64,000 bases of DNA. Source: an uncultured Gammaproteobacteria bacterium. Its GTDB lineage: Bacteria > Patescibacteriota > Patescibacteriia > SBBC01 > CAIJZX01. The stretch's first letter is position 1, and every line of letters starts with the position of its first letter. The stretch is taken from the NCBI GenBank assembly GCA_964397195.1, contig CAYNGY010000005.1, positions 685 through 64,684 on the forward strand, in the 5' to 3' direction. The notes under the pieces are model-generated. The model saw nothing but the letters and a program-made list of their open reading frames with translations, did not search any database and was not told the DNA's origin. This document shows, piece after piece, positions 17,385 to 25,850 of the stretch. The position numbers and the translations under genes are program-made.

Positions 17385-19163
17385 ATGGGACGCATGCCGC
17401 TTGATCGTTCACTCGGTCTGATCAAATACTCCTATCGCGATTTTCTCCGTTTCGTCTGGTCTCTCGTCCGGCCATACCGAGCGCGTTTTTGGTGGGCGAC
17501 GGCATTACGACTTTCGGCCGACCTTGTCTGGCTCTATCCGTCGTATGGGATTGCCCGGGCGATAACCATCCTCGGACGCCCGCAGAGCGATCATGTCCCC
17601 CATGAGGTAATCATGATCGGGGTGTGGTGGGGGCTGGCCACGATCTGGAGAACGATTTCCATGTACCTGTCGCAATACTACGGCTTCGGCGTCGCCGAGC
17701 GAGCGGGGATAGATGCCCAGCGGATGACAACCGCCCACCTGCTCCGGCTCGACATGTCGTGGCAACAGCGTGAAGGCGCGGGAAACAAGATGAAGCGCAT
17801 CGATCGCGGCTCATTGGCGGTGACCCGCAGTGTCCGAATTTGGTTTATGGCGGCGGTTGAGATTTTTGTGAACCTGTTTGGCATGATTTTTATCATTTCC
17901 CGTATTACACCGGGCCTTGGCCTCGGACTCGTCGTGTTTGTGGTGACTTTCTTGGTGTTGTCGACATTTATGACCCGCTACGCGTCGGCGATGGAGACGA
18001 TTGTCGATGAAAAAGAAGAGGAAATCCACGGCCTCGCCTTTGAGGGCGTCAATAACATTCGGACCGTTAAGACGCTCGACCTTGGCCCGACGATTATGCG
18101 TCGGCTGGAAACGGAATGGAATGATTTGTTCAAAAAGATTCAGACCCGCATCCGACGTTTCCGAAACCGCAGTACGGTTCTCAACACCTGGGGCCAGTTA
18201 TTTCGGTATGTCAGCATGGCCATTGTCGTCGTGGGGATCGTCCACGGGCATTACACCATCGGATTTTTGGTTTTATTCCAAACCTATTTTAACCGGCTGT
18301 GGGAATCGGTGAACCAAATTTCGGAGCTCGCCCCGGATATCGTGACTGCGAAGTACGCCGTGGCTCGCATCGCTCACATTTTAAACGAACCCGTTCAGAT
18401 CGACCGGACGGAAGGGAAGCGACCATTTCCGACATCGTGGTCGATGCTGACGATAGGCGATCTGTCGTTTTCATATGAGTCGACGCCGGTGCTTGAGCAC
18501 ATCTCGCTGAGCGTGAGGCGGGGTGAGCGCGTTGGCATCGTCGGATTGTCGGGCGCCGGGAAGTCGACCCTCTTCAAGTTGCTTCTGAAAGAGCATGAGG
18601 CCACGATCGGGAATATTCATCTCGACGATGTGCCACTGATCGACATCGACCGCCGCGACTATCTCCGTTCCGTGGCCGCAGTGCTACAAGATACCGAGGT
18701 CTTTAACTACACCTTACGGGAAAATATTACCATTGCGCGTCCGGACGGCACCGAGGCAGAGCTGCAGGAGGCGCTGGCCGTGGCCCACGTTCAGGACTTC
18801 CTCCACAAACTCCCGAAGGGGCTTGACACGATCATTGGTGAAAAAGGATTCCGATTGTCGGGCGGCGAAAAACAGCGCGTCGGGCTCGCCCGGGCCATTT
18901 TTAAACGGCCACAACTCCTTTTACTTGATGAGGCCACGTCTCATCTCGACATCGAATCGGAGCGGAGTATCCAGGATTCCCTGCAGCACGTTTTCCGCTC
19001 GGTGACCGCCATCGTCATCGCTCACCGCCTGACAACCATCCAACAAATGGATCGCATCTTGGTTTTAGAGCAAGGTCACATCCTCGAGTCCGGATCGTTT
19101 GCGGAGCTGCTGGCGGCGAATGGACGATTCGCCACGCTCTGGAACCAACAGCAACTCTCATAG
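17385..19163 (+). CDS. ABC transporter, fused permease/ATP-binding (type I exporter, MsbA-like)
   Basis: Six-TM N-terminal domain, Walker A GLSGAGKST, signature LSGGEKQRVGLARA, Walker B LLLLDEATSHLD. The track start at 17376 is TTG; ATG at 17385. Confidence 0.85.
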   Translation: MGRMPLDRSLGLIKYSYRDFLRFVWSLVRPYRARFWWATALRLSADLVWLYPSYGIARAITILGRPQSDHVPHEVIMIGVWWGLATIWRTISMYLSQYYGFGVAERAGIDAQRMTTAHLLRLDMSWQQREGAGNKMKRIDRGSLAVTRSVRIWFMAAVEIFVNLFGMIFIISRITPGLGLGLVVFVVTFLVLSTFMTRYASAMETIVDEKEEEIHGLAFEGVNNIRTVKTLDLGPTIMRRLETEWNDLFKKIQTRIRRFRNRSTVLNTWGQLFRYVSMAIVVVGIVHGHYTIGFLVLFQTYFNRLWESVNQISELAPDIVTAKYAVARIAHILNEPVQIDRTEGKRPFPTSWSMLTIGDLSFSYESTPVLEHISLSVRRGERVGIVGLSGAGKSTLFKLLLKEHEATIGNIHLDDVPLIDIDRRDYLRSVAAVLQDTEVFNYTLRENITIARPDGTEAELQEALAVAHVQDFLHKLPKGLDTIIGEKGFRLSGGEKQRVGLARAIFKRPQLLLLDEATSHLDIESERSIQDSLQHVFRSVTAIVIAHRLTTIQQMDRILVLEQGHILESGSFAELLAANGRFATLWNQQQLS

Positions 19164-19262
19164 TGCCGCCATCGGCTGGGGGTTTTTGTATGTCGCCGGG
19201 CTTGACGGCCAGCCGGGATGGTATATCATAAAGATATCATTACGATACTTATCCACACCCGT

Positions 19263-20129
19263 ATGATCCAAGAAAAACCCGCTCTCCGCATCCCCGCTAT
19301 CGCCGCCATCGGTAGTCAGATTGTAATAGGCCTGGCGGTGCTGTGGGGGCTCTACGCCGCCGTAAACGCCAGCTCGCTGTGGGGGATCCTGCTCGTTGTC
19401 GTCGGCATCCTCGATCTGATTGCCGTTGGGGGATATGTGATCGTCAGCCCGAATGATGCCTGGGTCCTGGTCTTTCTTGGAAAGTATATCGGCTCGGTCA
19501 AAGAAAGCGGTTTTTGGTGGACGAACCCGCTCGCCACGAAGCGCCGGCTGTCGTTGAAAGTTCGTAACTTTGAGAGCGGAAAACTGAAGGTCAACGATAA
19601 GGATGGGAACCCGATCGAAATTGCGGCCATCGTCGTTTGGAAAGTGATCGAAACGGCGGAGGCGGTCTTCAATGTCGAGTCATATGAGAACTACGTCCAA
19701 GTACAATCGGAAGCGGCGGTTCGAAATCTAGCCCAGACGTACCCGTATGATGCCCACGATGACGCCGTCGTCTCGCTTCGCGGCAACACCCAGGAAATTG
19801 CCGACAAAATGAAGGGTGAGGTGCAAAATCGGCTGGTGCAGGCCGGGGTTGACGTCGTCGAGGCGCGAATCTCGCACCTCGCCTACGCGCCGGAGATTGC
19901 CAGCGCCATGTTGCGCCGTCAGCAGGCGAACGCGATCATTGCCGCGCGGGCCCGAATTGTCGAGGGCGCGGTGAGCATGGTCGAGATGGCACTTGATACG
20001 CTCGAGAAGGGCGGTAAGGTCAAGCTTGATGAGGAACGAAAAGCGTCGATGGTGAGCAACCTTTTGGTCGTGCTTGTTTCCGACAAAGATGCACAGCCGA
20101 TCGTCAACACTGGCACCATCTATAGTTAA
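19263..20129 (+). CDS. SPFH/band-7 (stomatin/prohibitin-like) membrane protein
   Basis: N-terminal TM, SPFH core, C-terminal coiled-coil region (LAYAPEIASAMLRRQQANAI). Start at MIQEKPALR favoured because TTGACG-N16-TATCAT sits at 19202-19230; the track ATG 19218 is the alternative. Confidence 0.7.
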   Translation: MIQEKPALRIPAIAAIGSQIVIGLAVLWGLYAAVNASSLWGILLVVVGILDLIAVGGYVIVSPNDAWVLVFLGKYIGSVKESGFWWTNPLATKRRLSLKVRNFESGKLKVNDKDGNPIEIAAIVVWKVIETAEAVFNVESYENYVQVQSEAAVRNLAQTYPYDAHDDAVVSLRGNTQEIADKMKGEVQNRLVQAGVDVVEARISHLAYAPEIASAMLRRQQANAIIAARARIVEGAVSMVEMALDTLEKGGKVKLDEERKASMVSNLLVVLVSDKDAQPIVNTGTIYS

Positions 20130-20146
20130 CGCTCCGTCCTCGCCCC

Positions 20147-20323
20147 ATGCCTGAGCACGGACCAAAGTCGTTTCTCTTGCGCATCGACCCACACACCTTT
20201 CGCGCGCTCCAGCGATGGGCGGATGATGACTTGCGCAGTTTGAACGGCCAGATCGAGTTTCTTATTCGTGAGGCGCTGCGAAAAAATGGACGCCTCCCGA
20301 AACCGCGACCCGAGGACCGTTAA
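20147..20323 (+). CDS. Arc/MetJ-type ribbon-helix-helix DNA-binding protein (58 aa), unannotated in the ORF track
   Basis: MPEHGPKSFLLRIDPHTFRALQRWADDDLRSLNGQIEFLIREALRKNGRL... matches the Arc-like DNA-binding pattern (beta-strand xSFLLRI, then helices with SLN.QIE.LL..AL). Ends 8 nt before the next ORF. The antisense track ORF 20126-20377 is rejected. Confidence 0.55.
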   Translation: MPEHGPKSFLLRIDPHTFRALQRWADDDLRSLNGQIEFLIREALRKNGRLPKPRPEDR

Positions 20324-20331
20324 TCTCGCAC

Positions 20332-21528
20332 ATGAAGCCCGCCTTAAACATTTTGCCGCCCGGGCACCCGCATTCATCCCGCCGAACCGCCGCTCAGAAA
20401 AAGAAGCATCGGCGCTGGCCGTGGTGGAGGGTGACTTTGCTCGTCTTTGGATTAGGCGTTTTCGGATATATCGCCGCGTCCGCTGCCGTTTTCTTTGCGG
20501 TGAAGTGGCACGTGACTGATGAGGTCGGCGCCGTTGATCCGTTGACTGACCGATATACCGCCTTGGCCGCCGACGCTACCGGGCTCTCATTACCAGAAAT
20601 ACCGGACAAGGCCGACCTCGCGGCACGGGCGGCAGAGCGCCAGGTTGTCTGCGAAGTTGATGTGCTGCGTCGGGTGGCGCCCGTCAATGGCCTCCTGCTC
20701 GATGCAGCGCAAACACGTGGGGCTAGCCCGGCGACCATGAAACGGATGACGTTCGCGGCGTCACTGCGCTTACCGCACGACAGCCCGGCGGCAGTCGCGT
20801 TTTCATCATGTGCGATCGCGGACTATTATCCGCCCGCCCTTGCCGTCGTCACCACGAAGAACCTTTACCCGTGGGCGCGCGCTGAGGAATGGGAAATTAT
20901 TTCTGCGGCCTTTACGAAAGATCGTTCGACCATCGACCGCGTCAGCCGTGAAACGGGTGTGCCGGCGCGCCTGATTGTCTCGGTCGCCGCCGTAGAACAA
21001 CTCCGGCTCTACTTCACTCAGCGCGAGTTATTCGAGAAGTTCTTTCGGCCGCTCAAGATTCTCGGGAATGCGACGCAGTTTGCGTGGGGGATTATGTCTA
21101 TTAAGGAGGCGACCGCGATTGATATTGAGCGTCATGCAAATTCGCCACGGAGTTCGTTGTATCCGGGTCCGGGATTTTCCGCACTGCTGGCCCTGCCAAC
21201 AAAAGACACCGAAAAAGTGCGCTTCGCCCGCCTGACGAACGAGAAGGACCATTATTATTCCTACCTGTACGGGGCGACGGAGCTACAGGAATTTATGGCG
21301 CAGTGGCAACGAGCGGGATTTTCGATCGAATCCCGACCGGAAATTCTGGCCACCCTTTTTAACATCGGCTTTAGTCGATCGAAACCATCCGCGACGCCAA
21401 ACGTCGGCGGGTCGACTATGACCATCGCCGACACCGAGTATACCTTCGGCGGTTTGGCCTTCGAACTGTTCTATTCCGGCGAACTGCTAACGGATTTTCC
21501 GCCCGTCTCACCGGTGGCCAGTCAATAA
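20332..21528 (+). CDS. membrane-anchored hypothetical protein (398 aa)
   Basis: Basic N-terminus plus one TM (VTLLVFGLGVFGYIAASAAVFFAV), large extracytoplasmic domain, no motif recognised. Confidence 0.45.
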   Translation: MKPALNILPPGHPHSSRRTAAQKKKHRRWPWWRVTLLVFGLGVFGYIAASAAVFFAVKWHVTDEVGAVDPLTDRYTALAADATGLSLPEIPDKADLAARAAERQVVCEVDVLRRVAPVNGLLLDAAQTRGASPATMKRMTFAASLRLPHDSPAAVAFSSCAIADYYPPALAVVTTKNLYPWARAEEWEIISAAFTKDRSTIDRVSRETGVPARLIVSVAAVEQLRLYFTQRELFEKFFRPLKILGNATQFAWGIMSIKEATAIDIERHANSPRSSLYPGPGFSALLALPTKDTEKVRFARLTNEKDHYYSYLYGATELQEFMAQWQRAGFSIESRPEILATLFNIGFSRSKPSATPNVGGSTMTIADTEYTFGGLAFELFYSGELLTDFPPVSPVASQ

Positions 21529-21541
21529 TACCTGGGCCGCA

Positions 21542-22033
21542 CTAGAGATTCGTGATTCCGAAGTTCGTGTTAATGGTTGTGCCGCCGCTATTCGCCATCA
21601 AGAACATGGCGGCCAGCACGCCCAGACCAAATGAAACGACGAGGAGCACGATAGCTGCCACTGCCCACGCGTGCTGTGACTTTTTGAATTCTTCAACGCT
21701 CGACCACTGGCCGGCGCGCCAAGCCCACTCGTTTCCTTTTATCCCAAGGACAATCCACCAGATACCGCCAACCACCGGCACGAAGCAGAGGAGTGAAATC
21801 CAGACACGAAATCGAATTCCCCAAATCCATGTTAAGAAGGCGGCGCCCCAGTTCCAGCCGTGAATTTCCGGCGGGACGGCCGTTGTCGAGGCCATAGATG
21901 GCGTGCCTGATAGCGCGGCGTCGACGTCGCTAACTTGCCAGCCCTGCGAAACAAGCGCTTGTTTCGTTTGATCGTCAGGGAAACCGCGAGCCCGTTGATC
22001 GGCGATATAATCGAGGAGTTGCTGTGTCACCAT
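21542..22033 (-). CDS. DUF2628-like membrane protein with a short N-terminal soluble domain
   Basis: GWNWGAAFLTWIWGIRFRVW is characteristic of DUF2628. Asn/Thr-rich C-terminus. Start at MVTQQLLDYI. Confidence 0.4.
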   Translation of the reverse strand: MVTQQLLDYIADQRARGFPDDQTKQALVSQGWQVSDVDAALSGTPSMASTTAVPPEIHGWNWGAAFLTWIWGIRFRVWISLLCFVPVVGGIWWIVLGIKGNEWAWRAGQWSSVEEFKKSQHAWAVAAIVLLVVSFGLGVLAAMFLMANSGGTTINTNFGITNL

Positions 22034-22106
22034 AGGTGGGTTTTTAATAATGGACGATATAATGGTACCGCATTCTTTAGGCGGCGTCACGAGCTCGTGT
22101 GGTACA

Positions 22107-23144
22107 ATGCGTCATATGCGTATTCTCGGGATCGAAACGAGTTGTGATGACACCGCGATCGGTATTGTCACCGTGACAAATGGTTCGGTAACCATTGAAT
22201 CACAAATCACGGCATCGCAGGCCCTCATCCATCGAAAGTACGGCGGCGTTGTGCCGGAAGTGGCTGCACGGGAGCACGCGCTGACGATTATCCCGACCAT
22301 CCACGCGGCACTGGCCGCGGCCAAGACTGACTGGCAGGAAATAGATGCCCTGGCCGTGACCGCCGGGCCCGGCTTGAGTACTGCGCTTAATGTTGGAGTT
22401 GAGGCGGGACGCGCGTTGGCCTACGCGCTCAAAAAACCGATTGTGGCGGTGAACCACATCGAGGGCCACCTCCTAAGCCCGTGGGCGGACGCGGCCATGC
22501 GGACCGCCGCCTATCCGATGGTGGCGCTCATTGTTTCCGGTGGACACACCGAGCTGATACTGGTGACCCGTCCCGGCGTCTACCAATTACTCGGGAAGAC
22601 GATCGATGATGCCGTCGGCGAGGCGTTTGATAAGGTCGCTAAAGTGCTCGGTCTCCCGTATCCCGGCGGTCCGGAAATCTCTCGGCAGGCAAAGAAGGGC
22701 CATGACGCCCGCTTTCGATTTCCGCGCTCTATGCTCGGTCGTGACTCGCTTGATTTTTCCTACGCCGGGCTTAAGACGTCTGTACTCTATGAATACCGGC
22801 GCCATGCGCGGGTGGGCGCCGCCATGCGCGCCGATATGGCCGCTAGCTTCCAGCGCGCCGCGATCGACCCGCTGGTTGAAAAAACTCGGCGGGCGATATT
22901 GCGCACAAAAGCGAGAACGCTGCTCTTGGCCGGTGGCGTCGCGGCGAATGGATTACTGCGCGACGACTTGGCCGCACTTGTCGCCCATGATTTCCCGAAG
23001 GCGCTGCTCGTCCGGGCCCCGATCGGCCTCTGCGCCGATAATGGCGTCATGATCGCTATTGCTGGGTCGTTTCATGCCGAGCGCGGAGCCTACACCCACT
23101 GGCGCGACCTACGCGCTGACCCAGGCTGGGAACTTGTCCGCTAG
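22107..23144 (+). CDS. tsaD: tRNA N6-adenosine threonylcarbamoyltransferase TsaD (Kae1/YgjD)
   Basis: MRILGIETSCDDTAIGIV N-terminus and HIEGHLLSPW metal-binding motif. Extended -10 TGTGGTACAAT overlaps the first ATG, so the second ATG (~22117) is probably the leaderless start. Confidence 0.9.
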   Translation: MRHMRILGIETSCDDTAIGIVTVTNGSVTIESQITASQALIHRKYGGVVPEVAAREHALTIIPTIHAALAAAKTDWQEIDALAVTAGPGLSTALNVGVEAGRALAYALKKPIVAVNHIEGHLLSPWADAAMRTAAYPMVALIVSGGHTELILVTRPGVYQLLGKTIDDAVGEAFDKVAKVLGLPYPGGPEISRQAKKGHDARFRFPRSMLGRDSLDFSYAGLKTSVLYEYRRHARVGAAMRADMAASFQRAAIDPLVEKTRRAILRTKARTLLLAGGVAANGLLRDDLAALVAHDFPKALLVRAPIGLCADNGVMIAIAGSFHAERGAYTHWRDLRADPGWELVR

Positions 23145-23150
23145 GCCTGG

Positions 23151-23176
23151 TGCGCTTGACGGTGGGCGCGTTTTTT
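23151..23176 (+). terminator. weak intrinsic terminator after tsaD (GCGC...GCGC then TTTTTT)
   Basis: 4-5 bp GC stem followed by T6. TTGACG overlaps it. Confidence 0.3.
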
Positions 23177-23184
23177 CGTAGGCT

Positions 23185-23347
23185 AGTAACAGATACGCGA
23201 CGATCCTAGATTTATGTCACTAGGGGAGCGTGGGCAGAAACGTCGCCTCCGACGCGTAGATCCCATCATACGAGCGTCCCGACTCACGGGAAAATCAGGT
23301 GGTACCACCCGGCAGGGTCCTGAACACTCAGTGACCTATCATTCGTT
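23185..23347 (+). promoter_or_regulatory. candidate T-box-like leader upstream of valS
   Basis: Contains AAUCAGGUGGUACCACCCGG, resembling the T-box consensus AAUUAGGGUGGUACCGCGG (UGGU would pair with tRNA ACCA). An upstream hairpin GCGACG-[CCUAG-AUUUAUGUCA-CUAGG]-...-CGUCGC displays GUC (Val) followed by A in its loop. A small hairpin sits just before the start codon. Confidence 0.3.
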
Positions 23348-25849
23348 ATGCCAGAGTCAACATCCGCCTATTCACCATCAAGCGTCGAACCGTCGATCTA
23401 CCAAAAATGGGAGGCGTCCGGTTTTTTTAATCCGGATCACTTGCCGGGAAGCCGTGGGAAGCCGTATGTCATTTCCATGCCGCCATCAAATATCACCGGC
23501 GAGCTCCATCTTGGACACGCCCTTGGCTTTACCGTTCAGGACCTCCTCATCCGTTTCCACCGAATGCGTGGGCGGCGAACGCTGTGGCTGCCAGGAACCG
23601 ACCACGCCGCCATTGCTACACAGGTTGTGGTCGAGCGCGAACTAAAAAAAGAGGGCATTGACCGAGTCGAGCTGGGTCGGGAGAGGTTTCTGGAGCGTGT
23701 GTGGTCGTGGAAGGAGCAGTACGGCTCACGCATTAATATTCAGACACGGCGCCTCGGTGCGTCGGCCGATTGGAGCCGCGAACGATTTACGATGGACGAC
23801 GGTTTAACGGCGGCCGTGCAAGAGGCCTTCATCCGCCTGTATGAAGACGGACTTATTTACCGCGGCAAGCGTATCGTGAACTGGTGTCCCGGTTGCCACA
23901 CCGCCATCTCCGATCTCGAGGTTGATCACGACCAGGTCCCGGGCCACTTGTGGCACCTTCGGTATGATGTTGTTGGGGGCGGATCCATCGTCGTGGCTAC
24001 CACTCGTCCGGAGACGATGCTCGGTGATACCGCTATCGCCGTCCATCCGGCCGATGAGCGCTACGCGTCACTCGTTGGCGCTCGAGTGCGACTTCCGATC
24101 GTCGACCGCGAGATTCCAATTATCGCCGATCATCGGATTGACCGGGCTTTTGGGACCGGCGCCGTAAAAGTAACGCCCGCCCATGACCCGCTCGACTATG
24201 AGCTCGGTCAAACACACCACCTCGATTCCATCAGCATCATCGGGGAAGATGGCCGCATCCACCTCCCGGGCACCGAGTTTGACGGCCAGGGCGTCCAACG
24301 GGCCCGAGAGCGACTCGTGGAGCGCGCCACCGCCGAAGGCTGGCTCATCCGACAAGAAAACTATGTCCACGCCGTTTCTGTTTGTTCCCGCTCAAAAGAC
24401 ATCATTGAGCCACTCCTCTCGATGCAATGGTTTGTGAAGACGAAGCCGTTGGCGGAGAAGGCCTTAGCGGCCGTGCGGTCAGGAAAAACGAAGATCGTGC
24501 CGGAACGATATACCAAGATGTACTACCAATGGCTTGAAAACATCCGCGACTGGAATATTTCTCGCCAAATTTGGTGGGGCCATCGACTCCCGGTTTGGTA
24601 TCACGGCACCGGCGCGAACCAAGAGGTTCGGGTGTCACGGACGAGTCCCGGGAAAGGCTGGCGTCAAGATGAGGATACCCTTGATACGTGGTTTTCTTCC
24701 GGCCTCTGGACGTTTTCAACGCTTGGGTGGCCAGATCGAACGGCCGACTTACGACGCTACCACCCGACGGATGTCCTGGAGACTGCTTGGGATATTCTTT
24801 TCTTTTGGGTGGCGCGAATGATGATGATGTCGCTGTACTTAAAAAAGGAGGTCCCGTTCCGCACGGTTTATCTCCACGGCCTGATTCTTGACCGGCACGG
24901 GAAAAAGATGTCTCGTTCGAAGGGGAATGGTATCGATCCGGTTGGGATGATTGAGAAATACGGTGCGGATGCCCTTCGGTTGAGCGTGGTCATTGGGAAC
25001 GCGCCAGGACAAGACTTCCGCATGTACGAAGAAAAGATTGCTGGCTACAGAAACTTCGTGAATAAGCTTTGGAACGTCGGGCGGTTTGTCCAACAACAGC
25101 CCGTCGGTCAGGGCGGGATCAAGCCGTCCTCCGCCGCCGACCACTGGATCCTCTCCCGCCTGGCCACCGTTATCGACCGGGTCACTGCCGCGGTCGAGGG
25201 CTACCAGTTTTCGGTGGCCGGTCAGACGCTCTATGACTTCGTCTGGCACGATCTTGCCGACTGGTACGTTGAGTGGACGAAGTTTTCCCCTAACCCGGCC
25301 GTTCTTCGTCATGTATACCTAACAACGCTGAAGTTGCTCCACCCATTTATTCCTTTTGTGACCGAGCAATTATGGTCCGACCTAGGCGGCTCCGGCCTCC
25401 TGCTAATTGCCGCTTGGCCGCTGCGAGCTCGATCTGGGCGACTCGGGGCGACCTTTGTGCGTCACCAACATATTATCGGGCGGTTGCGGATTTTCCGCGC
25501 GCACACCGACCTGGCGGATGCTATTGGCGAAGTGGTGGCCGACGCCGATGATGTTGCTGCGTGGCAAGCCTTATCGCGCGTAAAGCTGCGACCGGTCGAA
25601 CGACTTGCCGTTGGCGGGGGATGTCAATCTGTTGATTTGGCCGGCGTCTCGTTCTCATTTCCTCGGGCTGTTGTCGAGCGATTCGAGGGGTGGCGAGAAA
25701 AAGAGCGCGAGCGACTGCGGACCTATGTCGCCCAAATTACCAAGAAGCTCACGACCGGCGATTTCGCCGAACACGCGCCCGCTGGTGTGGTCGCCGGGGA
25801 GCGCGAAAAGCTCGCGGCGGCTGAGCACGACCTGCGAGCGCTAGAGTAG
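23348..25849 (+). CDS. valS: valyl-tRNA synthetase
   Basis: Class I HIGH variant PPSNITGELHLGHA, KMSKS motif KMSRSKGN, editing domain, C-terminal coiled coil. Confidence 0.9.
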   Translation: MPESTSAYSPSSVEPSIYQKWEASGFFNPDHLPGSRGKPYVISMPPSNITGELHLGHALGFTVQDLLIRFHRMRGRRTLWLPGTDHAAIATQVVVERELKKEGIDRVELGRERFLERVWSWKEQYGSRINIQTRRLGASADWSRERFTMDDGLTAAVQEAFIRLYEDGLIYRGKRIVNWCPGCHTAISDLEVDHDQVPGHLWHLRYDVVGGGSIVVATTRPETMLGDTAIAVHPADERYASLVGARVRLPIVDREIPIIADHRIDRAFGTGAVKVTPAHDPLDYELGQTHHLDSISIIGEDGRIHLPGTEFDGQGVQRARERLVERATAEGWLIRQENYVHAVSVCSRSKDIIEPLLSMQWFVKTKPLAEKALAAVRSGKTKIVPERYTKMYYQWLENIRDWNISRQIWWGHRLPVWYHGTGANQEVRVSRTSPGKGWRQDEDTLDTWFSSGLWTFSTLGWPDRTADLRRYHPTDVLETAWDILFFWVARMMMMSLYLKKEVPFRTVYLHGLILDRHGKKMSRSKGNGIDPVGMIEKYGADALRLSVVIGNAPGQDFRMYEEKIAGYRNFVNKLWNVGRFVQQQPVGQGGIKPSSAADHWILSRLATVIDRVTAAVEGYQFSVAGQTLYDFVWHDLADWYVEWTKFSPNPAVLRHVYLTTLKLLHPFIPFVTEQLWSDLGGSGLLLIAAWPLRARSGRLGATFVRHQHIIGRLRIFRAHTDLADAIGEVVADADDVAAWQALSRVKLRPVERLAVGGGCQSVDLAGVSFSFPRAVVERFEGWREKERERLRTYVAQITKKLTTGDFAEHAPAGVVAGEREKLAAAEHDLRALE

Positions 25850-25850
25850 A

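Noticed and set aside
20126-20377. Track ORF 20126-20377(-), 83 aa
   Set aside because: It is antisense to a much better candidate: the 58-aa Arc-like RHH gene on the plus strand, which has a clear fold signature and operon placement.
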